From: Myxococcota bacterium
GTDB lineage: Bacteria; Myxococcota_A; UBA796; UBA2385
Assembly: GCA_044344255.1 (NCBI GenBank)
Contig: JBIJDH010000015.1
Location: forward strand, 96,001 to 160,000
Direction of reading: 5' to 3'
Length of the DNA: 64,000 bases
The position numbers were made by a program, and so were the translations under genes. This document shows, one piece after another, positions 8,344 through 17,240 of the stretch. Under the pieces are notes generated by a model. The model saw only the letters and a list, made by a program, of their open reading frames with translations. It was not told the DNA's origin and ran no database searches. How positions within the stretch are numbered: the first letter of the stretch is position 1; every line of letters begins with the position of its first letter.

Positions 8344-9840
8344 TTGACGAGCGAGGGGCGCCGCGGAAAGGAGCGCCCACGCGGGCGCGCGCCGCCGCCA
8401 CGCCCTCCTCACCGCCGAGACGCAGGAGCCGCCCTGTCCACCGCCCACCCCGCCCCCCTGCTCTCCCGTCAGGTCAGCCTCTGCACGGTGGTCGCCAACA
8501 GCGACGACTGCGTGCCTCGCTTTCTCCGGTGGGCCCTACCTCGCTTTGAGGAGATCATCCTGCTGCGCTCCCGCTCCGAGGACGGGACGGACGCCCTCTT
8601 GGAGGAGGCCGCCCGCAAGCACCCCCTCCAGATCCGCCTCGCCTTCCGGGAGATCGACGACATCGCGCGGCAGAAGCAGGCCGCGGTCGAGCTCGCCACC
8701 AAGCCCTGGCGCTTCGTGGTCGACGCCGACGAGGTGGTCGAGGACACGAATTGGGACGCGGTGGTGGCCCACCTCGACCGGGAGGGCATCGACCTCCTCC
8801 AGCTCCCCCGATACAACCTGCAGCGCGACGACGCGCATTATACGACCGCTATTTATCCGGACGTGCAGGCCCGCGTCTTCAACCGTCGGGTCTCTTTCTC
8901 GCTGGAGCCCAAGTACCAGACGCACCACCGGATGATCGGCGCCCGACGGGGGATGACCGCGAGTGACATCCATATCATCCACCATGGCCACATCCGGCCC
9001 ATCGGTCAGCTCGCCTGGAAGAGCCAGTGGCGACGCCGCTTCGCGGAGACCGACTACATCGAGGGGCGGCAGCTCCTCTCCCACGAAAATTGGTTCGCCG
9101 AGCGAAACCCGGCCCTCGAGGCCTCGCTCGCACCTTTGCCCGCGAAGGCCCTGGCCCTGCTGCGCGCGATCGAGCCGCAGCGGCTCTCCCTCGATCTGGG
9201 GCGCTGGCCCGCGCTCTGGCTGAGCCGCGGGCTCCAGATCGAGCCGCCGGGCGCGGACGGCATGATGTCCGTCAATGGGGTGCGGGGCTTCCTCACGCCC
9301 GGTGACGTGGTCTTCCTGTTCAACCTCGCGGGGCAGCTGCCCCGGGGTGGGGTCTATCTGGAGGTGGGCTCCTGGCAGGGCCTGTCCTCGATCCTCTTCG
9401 CCTATGGCCTCCTCGCCCACATGAACATCCGGGCGCGGGTCATCGCCGTCGACACCTGGCGGGGCTCGGTCGAGCACCAGGGCATGGGCATCCTCGTCGA
9501 GGACGGCCTCTACCGGACCTTCCAGGACAACGTCGCCGGCAGCGGGGTGGGCGCCTTCATCGAGCCGCGGCGGGGGGAGAGCCCGGCGGTGGCCGCGGCC
9601 TATGACGGTCCGCCGATCGACATCGCCTTCATCGACGGAGACCACACCTTCGAGGGGTGTCGGGCCGACATCGAAGCCTGGCGGCCCCACCTCGCGCGGG
9701 GCGGTCGGATGCTCGGCCACGACGCCTGGCCCGGCGGGGGCGTAGAGCGGGCGTTGGAGCAGCATTGCCTACAGTCGGGGGCGACGTGGCGGCGCTACCC
9801 GCACACGCACCACATCTGGGAGCTGCGCTGGCCGTCTTGA
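8344..9840 (+). CDS. Family-2 glycosyltransferase fused to a class I SAM methyltransferase (Methyltransf_24-like)
   Basis: SEDGT and VDADE (DxD) in the N-half; LEVGSWQG, IDGDH and GHD in the C-half. True start uncertain. Confidence 0.75.
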   Translation: MTSEGRRGKERPRGRAPPPRPPHRRDAGAALSTAHPAPLLSRQVSLCTVVANSDDCVPRFLRWALPRFEEIILLRSRSEDGTDALLEEAARKHPLQIRLAFREIDDIARQKQAAVELATKPWRFVVDADEVVEDTNWDAVVAHLDREGIDLLQLPRYNLQRDDAHYTTAIYPDVQARVFNRRVSFSLEPKYQTHHRMIGARRGMTASDIHIIHHGHIRPIGQLAWKSQWRRRFAETDYIEGRQLLSHENWFAERNPALEASLAPLPAKALALLRAIEPQRLSLDLGRWPALWLSRGLQIEPPGADGMMSVNGVRGFLTPGDVVFLFNLAGQLPRGGVYLEVGSWQGLSSILFAYGLLAHMNIRARVIAVDTWRGSVEHQGMGILVEDGLYRTFQDNVAGSGVGAFIEPRRGESPAVAAAYDGPPIDIAFIDGDHTFEGCRADIEAWRPHLARGGRMLGHDAWPGGGVERALEQHCLQSGATWRRYPHTHHIWELRWPS

Positions 9841-9858
9841 GGGGGCGGCGCTCGGCCT

Positions 9859-10293
9859 TCAGTCGTCCCAGTCGCCGCCGCTGCCGCCGCTGCTGCTGTC
9901 GGGCTCGAGCTTCTCGCCGACCACGATGAGCCCGGCCGCGCCCACGAGGGTGGCGCCGGCCACCCGCCAGCGGCCCCGCTGCTCGACGATCTGGAGTGTG
10001 GCGACGCCGTCCTCCTTCTCGCCGTCGACGTCGTACTCGATCTCCCAGTAGGCGAGCCCGGCGGCGGTGGACCAGGCGAAGGCGCCAAGGCACTGCTGCT
10101 CCGCGCCCCGCACACCGCCAAAGCTGCGGCGGGCGGCGGAGTCTTGCTTGAGCCAGGTGACCCCGGCGGCCAAGGCGCGCTCGCGGCCGGGGTTCAGGAG
10201 GTCGATGAGCCAGTCCCAGGCGTCACAGCAGCCGCAGCAGCAGATCGAGGCGGCGATCGGGAAGATCGTGAGGGCGGCGAGCGGGCGGGGCAT
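9859..10293 (-). CDS. Hypothetical small exported/membrane protein
   Basis: 144-aa ORF with typical codon usage; hydrophobic N-terminus followed by CCCGCC. Confidence 0.5.
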   Translation of the reverse strand: MPRPLAALTIFPIAASICCCGCCDAWDWLIDLLNPGRERALAAGVTWLKQDSAARRSFGGVRGAEQQCLGAFAWSTAAGLAYWEIEYDVDGEKEDGVATLQIVEQRGRWRVAGATLVGAAGLIVVGEKLEPDSSSGGSGGDWDD

Positions 10294-10389
10294 CCCGGGA
10301 GGCTATCACTTCGGCCCCGACGGCCGCGCCCGGTTCGGCCGGCGGGTTAGGGCGGCGCGGCTTGGGCCCCCTCCAGCTGCAGGTCCGCG

Positions 10390-11241
10390 ATGGCGATTCA
10401 TTACTTTCCTGGTCATATGTCCACCGCGTTGGATGAGATCCGGCGCATCCTGCCGAAGGTCGATCTCGTCATCCAGGTGCTGGACGCCCGCATCCCCTTC
10501 ACCAGCGACAACCCCGTGGTGGCGGGCCTCCGCGGAGAGCGCCCCTGCGTGCAGATCGTCAACAAGAGCGATCTGGCCGAGCCGGGGGTCACCCGTGACT
10601 GGCTCTCCGCCTTCGACAACACGCCCGGCATCCGCGCCATCGAGCACAACAGCAAGCTGCAAGGCCTGCTCCCGGCGGTGGTGGGGGCGGCCAGCAGCCT
10701 CGTCAAGCGGCGGGGCACGGGCCCGATGACGGCGCTGATCCTCGGGATCCCGAACGTCGGCAAGTCTACGGTCATCAACCGGATGGCGGGCAAGAACATC
10801 ACCCTCACCGGCGACAAGCCGGCGGTCACCCAGATGCAGCAGCGTGTGCAGGTGGGCCCGGATCTCCTCCTGATCGACACGCCGGGGATGTTGTGGGGCC
10901 GCCTCGAGCCCGTCGAGGTCGCCTACAAGCTCGTGCTCACCGGGGCCATCGGAGAGCGGGCGGTCGACCACCTCGAGGTGGGGCTCTTCGCCGCCCGCTG
11001 GCTCCGCGAGCGCCGCCCGAAGGCCATCACCGGCTTCTATGGCATCGCCGAGCTCCCCGCCGATGAGCTGCTGCTCATCGAGGCGATCGGGCGTCGCCGC
11101 GGCTTCCTGGTGAAGGGGGGAGCCGTGGACATGGAGCGTGCCAGCGACCGGCTGCTGCACGACCTGCGCGACGGGGCCTTCGGGCGGTACAGCCTGGAGC
11201 GACCGGGGGAGCAGGTCCGCGCCGCACCGCCGGCCTCGTAG
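10390..11241 (+). CDS. rbgA: Ribosome biogenesis GTPase RbgA/YlqF
   Basis: YFPGHM N-terminus; circularly permuted G motifs NKSD, GIPNVGKS, DTPG; DARIP. Confidence 0.93.
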   Translation: MAIHYFPGHMSTALDEIRRILPKVDLVIQVLDARIPFTSDNPVVAGLRGERPCVQIVNKSDLAEPGVTRDWLSAFDNTPGIRAIEHNSKLQGLLPAVVGAASSLVKRRGTGPMTALILGIPNVGKSTVINRMAGKNITLTGDKPAVTQMQQRVQVGPDLLLIDTPGMLWGRLEPVEVAYKLVLTGAIGERAVDHLEVGLFAARWLRERRPKAITGFYGIAELPADELLLIEAIGRRRGFLVKGGAVDMERASDRLLHDLRDGAFGRYSLERPGEQVRAAPPAS

Positions 11242-11244
11242 GGG

Positions 11245-11703
11245 CTACTCTTCGCCCGACTCTTCAGACCCCGTCTCTTCTGGATCGGTCTTGTCAGACT
11301 TCGGAGGGGCCTCGGCCTGAGCGGCCTTGAGCGCGCGCCGCGCCCGCCCGTTCGGAGCCTTCTCCTTGGCCTTCTTCTCCTTGGGTGGCAGGGTGGAGGT
11401 CCAAGAGAGGGCCTCGGCGGCCAACGTTTGGAGGGTGGCGGGCGGGGTTTCGCTCCCGACCTGGATGTAGTCGCGCCAGGGCCGGTCGACCATCGGCGTG
11501 AAGACGCGCATCCCCGGCTGCCCGGCCAAAGCGGCGACCCGCATCGGGCCCACCCGGGCGACGAGGCTGTCTTCGAAGACGCCGAAGAACATCTGCCGGT
11601 TCACGAAAGCGCAGGGCATCCCGAACATCTTCTTGCGCTCGATGTGCGGGTTGCCGCCGAGCGCGGCCTCATAAGCGGCGACGACGGCGGTGTTGAGGTC
11701 CAT
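11245..11703 (-). CDS. TfoX/Sxy N-terminal-domain protein
   Basis: KKMFG...FVNRQMF...LVARVG and TLPPK motifs. Confidence 0.75.
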   Translation of the reverse strand: MDLNTAVVAAYEAALGGNPHIERKKMFGMPCAFVNRQMFFGVFEDSLVARVGPMRVAALAGQPGMRVFTPMVDRPWRDYIQVGSETPPATLQTLAAEALSWTSTLPPKEKKAKEKAPNGRARRALKAAQAEAPPKSDKTDPEETGSEESGEE

Positions 11704-11765
11704 GAGTGCTCCGGGGTCGGGCGCCTTATCCGACCGCGACCGGCGCCGTGCGCGCCGATCCCCGC

Positions 11766-12818
11766 TCAGGAGGGGAGGGCGAGCTCCCGCCAGCGCACCA
11801 TCCCCCCGGAGAGGTTGGCGACCTCGAGCAGGCCGGCCTTCTCGAGGATGGTCGTGGCCAACCCGGAGCGTCGCCCGGTCTGGCAGACGACGATGACCGG
11901 CTTGGCGACGGGCACCTCCGCCAGGCGGGAGCGGAGGGCGTCCAGGGGGATGTGCAGGGCGTCGCGGAGGGCGCCGAGCTCCCCGCAGAGCTCGTCTTCG
12001 GCCCGTACGTCGAGGATCTGAACCTGGGCGCGGTGGCGCGCGACCCACTCGGGGTTGATCTCGGGTGTACCGGCGTAGCTGCGGAGCACGGGGCCCCAAA
12101 GCGGCGGGGGCGGTCCGTCTCCGCCCTCCGGCCGGCCGCCCCGTAAGTTGGCTGGGACGGCGACGGCGATCTGCTTCGGGTGCGGCAAGGCCAGGTTGGT
12201 CATGTAGCCGACGAAGTCTTCTTCCCGGGCCCCTCCGCCGATTCGCGGGTTGAACAGTCGCTCCTCGCGGATCGTGCTCGACGTTCGGCCCTCGTAGTCG
12301 TGGCCCGGGTAGACGACACAGTCATCAGGGAGCGTGAAGAGCTGCTCTTGGATCGAGCGGAACAGGCGCCGGGCGTCCCCCGCTTGGAAGTCTGTGCGGC
12401 CCGCGCCGCGCACCAGCAGGGCGTCCCCTGTGAAGACCATCCGATGTTCAGCGGACGCGAAGGAGAGGCAGCCGTCGGTGTGTCCGGGGGTGGCCCGCAC
12501 CTCGAGGGCGGAGGCGCCGAAGGTGACCCGGTCACCGTGGGCGAGGGGAATGTCGATATTATCAGCGTTATATCTATAGGATAGCGCGGACTTTGAGCCA
12601 AGCGCAGCCCGCATCCGCCACGCCCCGGTGACGTGGTCTGCGTGGCAGTGGGTGTCGAGGGTGGCGATCAGGTGTAGGCCCAGCTCCCGGATCAGCGCCG
12701 CGTCCCGGTGGTGCTGCTCAAAGACGGAGTCGATGAGTACGGCCTCCTTGGACTGTTCATCACCGAGGAGGTATGTGTAGGTGTTGGAGGCCGAGTCGAA
12801 GAGCTGTCGAACGATCAT
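11766..12818 (-). CDS. Persulfide dioxygenase (ETHE1-like MBL fold) fused to rhodanese
   Basis: THCHADH, TPGHT, GRTDFQ, YPGHDY; C-terminal rhodanese CQTGRRS and LSGGM. Confidence 0.9.
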   Translation of the reverse strand: MIVRQLFDSASNTYTYLLGDEQSKEAVLIDSVFEQHHRDAALIRELGLHLIATLDTHCHADHVTGAWRMRAALGSKSALSYRYNADNIDIPLAHGDRVTFGASALEVRATPGHTDGCLSFASAEHRMVFTGDALLVRGAGRTDFQAGDARRLFRSIQEQLFTLPDDCVVYPGHDYEGRTSSTIREERLFNPRIGGGAREEDFVGYMTNLALPHPKQIAVAVPANLRGGRPEGGDGPPPPLWGPVLRSYAGTPEINPEWVARHRAQVQILDVRAEDELCGELGALRDALHIPLDALRSRLAEVPVAKPVIVVCQTGRRSGLATTILEKAGLLEVANLSGGMVRWRELALPS

Positions 12819-13064
12819 GGTCGCTCCTGCTTCGGGGGTGATCGGGGGGGGGGCGGAGAAGGTCACGCGCAGCGCCTCATCCTCCTATTGATGGCATCCG
12901 CGGCTGGCCCTTCGGCCCAGCGGGCCGCTCCACCGAAAGTGACAGAAATTTGGAGATTGTAGGTGAAAGTAGCCGAAGTGATGCCCTGGCATTGTGGATC
13001 GAGCGTCGCCGTGCTCCCCCGGAGGCTGGTCAGGGCTCTACGCTGATCGTAGGATGGTCCCACC

Positions 13065-14312
13065 ATGCAGTCCGAACGTCCAGGTCAGCTCTCCGGTGAC
13101 CGCTACCAGCTTGTCCGAACTCTCGGAATCGGCGGGATGGCGACGGTTTGGCTCGCGTGGGACCGCCGGTTCGACGTCCCTCGCGCGGTGAAGCTGCTAA
13201 ACCCCGCGCTCGTCGCGATCCCCGCTGCCCGCCAGCGCTTCGTGCGCGAGGCCCAGATCATGGCGCGGCTGCAGCACCCCCACGTGGTGGTGGTGCATGA
13301 CTACGGCGAGACAGCCGAGCAGGCCTGGATCGTCATGGAGCTGTTGGCGGGAGGGAGCCTCGAGGCGTGGGTGATCCGCAACGGCCCGCTCGAGCCCAGG
13401 CGCCTCTGCGAGGTGAGCCTCGGCCTGCTGGGCGCGCTCGCGGTCGCCCACGACGACAACGTCGTGCACCGTGACATCAAGCCGGCGAACCTGCTGATCG
13501 GCAGAGGCGGCGTGGTCAAGCTCGGAGACTTCGGCATCGCACGGCTGCTGCAGGGTGGCCAACCGCTCACCCGGCAGGGGGTCGGGATGGGCACCGAGAG
13601 CTTCATGGCGCCCGAGCAGGTGACCGACGCCAGCCATGTGGAGTTTCAGGCGGATATCTTTGGGTTCGGTGCCACGCTGTTCGCGCTCGCCACGGCTCGG
13701 GCCCCGGTCGGCGTCTACGGAGAGGAGCATCGCCAGCGCCTCGCCTTGATGCTGGCTCCCGGGATCCGGGAGGTCTTCCTGAAGGCGACGGCCTTCTCGG
13801 TTCGAGACCGCTACGCCACCGCCGCCGAGATGGCCTACGCGCTCTCCTTGGTCCTGGAGGGCCTGCCTCCCGATCGGACCCACCAGCCGGCGCTCGATGA
13901 CGTCTGTGTCTCGATGATGCGGCCCCCCAGCTTGGCGGCCGAGGTCCGCTCCCCGGCCGTCTCCCCCACGCTCCTCCCGCTCCCCTCGCCGGACTCCCGC
14001 ACGCACGACTCCCTGCTCATGGACGGCTTCGGCGAGGCGTCGGCCCGCGGCGTGGAGCCCCCCATCCGCCCGCCGCCGCGGTGGCCCTCGGGCGCGCCGA
14101 ACGGGCTCCACCCGCCCGTCAAGGGGCGGGCGCCGCACGGGGCGGCGTTGAACGCTGAGCTCGACGACGACTTCGAGAACAGCCTGACCGAGACCTTCCT
14201 TGCTGCCGACCGGCGGGCCGTCACCTACCGCAAGGTGGTCCTCGGCGTTTCGTTGATCGGCCTGATCCTTGCCGCTGCGGTCATCTTGCACACGTTCGCC
14301 GGTTCCCCCTGA
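13065..14312 (+). CDS. Ser/Thr protein kinase with C-terminal TM helix
   Basis: GIGGMATV, AVK, HRDIKPAN, DFG, APE; hydrophobic C-terminus. Confidence 0.92.
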   Translation: MQSERPGQLSGDRYQLVRTLGIGGMATVWLAWDRRFDVPRAVKLLNPALVAIPAARQRFVREAQIMARLQHPHVVVVHDYGETAEQAWIVMELLAGGSLEAWVIRNGPLEPRRLCEVSLGLLGALAVAHDDNVVHRDIKPANLLIGRGGVVKLGDFGIARLLQGGQPLTRQGVGMGTESFMAPEQVTDASHVEFQADIFGFGATLFALATARAPVGVYGEEHRQRLALMLAPGIREVFLKATAFSVRDRYATAAEMAYALSLVLEGLPPDRTHQPALDDVCVSMMRPPSLAAEVRSPAVSPTLLPLPSPDSRTHDSLLMDGFGEASARGVEPPIRPPPRWPSGAPNGLHPPVKGRAPHGAALNAELDDDFENSLTETFLAADRRAVTYRKVVLGVSLIGLILAAAVILHTFAGSP

Positions 14313-14323
14313 GCTCAGCTGGA

Positions 14324-15358
14324 ATGATGATGTCGACCCCTGTTGAACGTGTGTTGTTGGACTTCGCGGACGAGGGCGTCGCGGTCCGCGCCCTCTCGTC
14401 CACCTTTGGCGTCGAGCTCACCGGTCTACGGCTCGAGGAGCCTGCATCCGCCGCCCTGGTGGAGCGCCTCGTGACCCTGCTCGGAACGCGCCTGGTCGTG
14501 CTGATCCGCGGCGTCGAGATGTCGGAGGCCCGCCAGGACGCGCTCACCCGCGCCTTGGGTGCGCTCCGCGATCAAGGCCTGCACGCCTGGGCCCCGCCGG
14601 CAGACCCTGACGCAGCGGTGGGTCGCGATGGGGTGCTCGGTCCGCTCCACCTGCTCAACAAGGGCAACCTGCTGCTCTTCGTCAACGGGCCGGAGCTGTG
14701 CACGGGTGACCCCACCGCCGCCTACACCGAGGAGGAGGCTGAGCTGCGCGGAGGCACCTCCTGCTGGCACACGGGCGACACCGAGAAGGAGAACGTCGAG
14801 GTCATCAACATCCTGCACCCGGTGATCGTGCCGGAGCGCGGGGGCCAGACCCTCTTCCTCGACACGACGGCCGCCTTCGCCGACCTCGATCCCACCACCC
14901 AGGCGGCTCTCGAGGGCCTTCGGGTGCAGCACTTCACCCACTTCCCGCCCTCGACGCCCGAGTTTCGGATGCCAGACCCCACCTGGCCCGTGAACCAGCC
15001 GCTCGTCAAGCAGCACCCGCTCACTGGGGCGCGCTACCTGTACTTGAACTTCAATGACATGGACCGGGTGATCGGCCTCAGTCGGGCCGAGAGCGGCGCG
15101 CTGATCCGGCGCCTCTACGACCACGCCGTTCAGTCGCGCTACGTCTACGCCCACACCTGGACGGAGGGTGACCTCATCCTCTGGAACTGTAACGGCACCT
15201 TGCACAAGCGCGGCGTGCTCGATCCGAGCTGCAAACGAGCGCTCCGTCGCACCCAGACCGCGGTGCCGGCCTTGCAGAGCGTGCGCGAGTGGGATCACAC
15301 CCGGCAGGTGGAGAGCCACGACGGCGAGTCGTGGCACCCGTACCCCTTCCAGCGTTGA
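14324..15358 (+). CDS. TauD/TfdA-family Fe(II)/2OG dioxygenase
   Basis: WHTGD, GGQTLF, HPLTG, HTW..GDLILWN..TLH.R. Confidence 0.85.
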   Translation: MMMSTPVERVLLDFADEGVAVRALSSTFGVELTGLRLEEPASAALVERLVTLLGTRLVVLIRGVEMSEARQDALTRALGALRDQGLHAWAPPADPDAAVGRDGVLGPLHLLNKGNLLLFVNGPELCTGDPTAAYTEEEAELRGGTSCWHTGDTEKENVEVINILHPVIVPERGGQTLFLDTTAAFADLDPTTQAALEGLRVQHFTHFPPSTPEFRMPDPTWPVNQPLVKQHPLTGARYLYLNFNDMDRVIGLSRAESGALIRRLYDHAVQSRYVYAHTWTEGDLILWNCNGTLHKRGVLDPSCKRALRRTQTAVPALQSVREWDHTRQVESHDGESWHPYPFQR

Positions 15359-15362
15359 CCGA

Positions 15363-15557
15363 TCAGGTGGCTGGGGAGGTCGTCGCGGCGGTAGTGCCCG
15401 CGGGCGGAGCGACCGGCCGGAAGGCGTAGAGGCCCAGGAAGACGGGGATCGGCGTGAAGAAGAAGGCCACCACAAAGGTGAGGAAGAAGCCGAGACGGGT
15501 GTCTTTGGCGAGCAGGGCGGATACGATGCAGAGCAGGAGGTAAGACAGGAAGGACAT
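15363..15557 (-). CDS. Small membrane protein
   Basis: 64-aa ORF with two hydrophobic segments; ggag RBS upstream; co-oriented with the DUF697 gene. Confidence 0.55.
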   Translation of the reverse strand: MSFLSYLLLCIVSALLAKDTRLGFFLTFVVAFFFTPIPVFLGLYAFRPVAPPAGTTAATTSPAT

Positions 15558-15623
15558 GTACAGTCTCCAATGTTCAGGGGTGGGGACGTAGGATCGCGGT
15601 GAGCTCAGGGAACAGCTCGTCGT

Positions 15624-16202
15624 TCAGGGCACAGCGGGCGCGGCCGGAGTCGGAGTCGAGGCGGGAGACGATGCCGGAGCGACCTCCGGCTTGAGCGAGT
15701 CTCGCACTTCGGACGCGCTCCGGACGACCTTGCTGTACTCTTCCTTGAAGAAGTGCTTGAGGCGCGCGGCGTCGAGGTCAAGGATCGTGCCGCCGCGCTC
15801 GAAGTGCTCGATGAAGACGTGGCCCACAGAGTGGGTGACCGCCGATGCGGCGATGGGCAGCGTCGTCCAGGCGGCCAGCGGGCCGGCGACCGGGATGAAC
15901 TTGAAGGCGCTGGCGACGAAGGCCGTGGCGACCGCCCCGCCGCCGAGGGTGCCGAGGAGGCTGAGGATCACCGAGCGGGCCGCGTGCTCGCTGAAGGGGA
16001 CCTTGTAGACGGCGCTGATCTCGGCCACCATCTTGAGCTGGACCCCGGTGATGGCGATGAGGTCAAACAGCGGGAGGGGGAGCACCCCCGCTGCGGCGGA
16101 CCACGCGAGGTTGGATCGGACGATGTCGGAGGCGCGGTCGCGCTTGGAGCGGGGGGCTGCGGCGTCGGCGGCGACGGCGGGCGTGGGCGCGGGTTCGGAC
16201 AT
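15624..16202 (-). CDS. DUF697/YcjF-family protein
   Basis: PLPLFDLIAITGVQLKM, KFIPVAG and FIEHFE.GG motifs. Confidence 0.8.
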   Translation of the reverse strand: MSEPAPTPAVAADAAAPRSKRDRASDIVRSNLAWSAAAGVLPLPLFDLIAITGVQLKMVAEISAVYKVPFSEHAARSVILSLLGTLGGGAVATAFVASAFKFIPVAGPLAAWTTLPIAASAVTHSVGHVFIEHFERGGTILDLDAARLKHFFKEEYSKVVRSASEVRDSLKPEVAPASSPASTPTPAAPAVP

Positions 16203-16331
16203 GAGCGGACCTCCGGGGCGGGGTGTAGAGGCTCAGATCGACACCGATCGCGAAAGCGAGCATCTACAGACGCAGCGAAGCTACCACAGGTCACCGGCCC
16301 CCTCAAGGTCCATCCTGGGCCCTCGCCGGTG

Positions 16332-17240
16332 TCACCGAGCTCCCAATGGGGCGATGGGAGGCGGCTCGGCGTGCGCCCGGAGCGCGTCCACGATGATGCG
16401 GCACACATCGCTCCACGTTGGCTGCAGCGTCATCCGGAAGTGCTCGGTCTCGACGCCGACTCGGCGCACGTCATCGTGCAGGAGCCCGTTCCAGCCCGAG
16501 ATCGGAGACGGATCCTTCATCCAGATCCGAGGGAGGCGGAGCGGGTTCTCCTCGCTGACGAAGCCCTGGGTGTTGTGGATGAACAGAGTGGGGATGTGTG
16601 AAGCCTGCGGGGTCGGATGGTATCGGCCCATCATCTGCGCGTGGTGGGCCATCCCGTCCAAGCTCTGGCGGAGGTGCCGGGAGAGCAGCTCGGGTGCGTG
16701 AGGGATGTCCGAGCGGGCCTTGAGTTGACGGACTGCGGCCTCGATCTGGCCGTCCACCGAGAGCTCCATCAGCTCGCCGGGGCCGAGGGGCTCGCGCAGA
16801 CCGAAGGGGAGCCCGATCAGGTTGGTGGCGAGCTGCACGAGGGTGCCGTTGCTGGCCCAGCGGGGGAGCGCGCGGATGGGCGGGCTGGACGGCGCGTAGG
16901 CGTCGAGGAGCAGGAGCTCGGCCGGCGCGAGGCCGCGGCGGGCCGCCTGTTGGGCCATCTCGAAGGCGATGATCCCGCCGAAGGAGTAGCCGAGGAGCAG
17001 CCAGGGTCGATCCTCCGCGACCGGGAGGGCGGCGTCGAGGTAGGCGGCCGCCATCTCCTCGACCCGTGAGTAGGGCGGCCCGGGGTGCGTGAAGCCCGGC
17101 GCGGCGAAGCCGAAGACGGCGTGCCGAGGGGCGAGGGCCGCGGCCAGCGGCGGCAGCCACGTGAGCTCGCCCGCCATGCTGTGGACCGCGAAGAGGGGCG
17201 GGCCCCGGCCCTCCCGACGGATGGGGACGAGGTGGCTCAC
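16332..17240 (-). CDS. Stand-alone thioesterase (alpha/beta hydrolase)
   Basis: GYSFGG nucleophile elbow, LLLLD, C-terminal EHF; GTG start overlaps the upstream stop (GTGA). Confidence 0.85.
   Translation of the reverse strand: MSHLVPIRREGRGPPLFAVHSMAGELTWLPPLAAALAPRHAVFGFAAPGFTHPGPPYSRVEEMAAAYLDAALPVAEDRPWLLLGYSFGGIIAFEMAQQAARRGLAPAELLLLDAYAPSSPPIRALPRWASNGTLVQLATNLIGLPFGLREPLGPGELMELSVDGQIEAAVRQLKARSDIPHAPELLSRHLRQSLDGMAHHAQMMGRYHPTPQASHIPTLFIHNTQGFVSEENPLRLPRIWMKDPSPISGWNGLLHDDVRRVGVETEHFRMTLQPTWSDVCRIIVDALRAHAEPPPIAPLGAR

Noticed and set aside
12540..12600. AT-rich patch as a promoter or insertion
   Set aside because: It lies in frame within the MBL-rhodanese gene with no boundary repeats; insufficient support.
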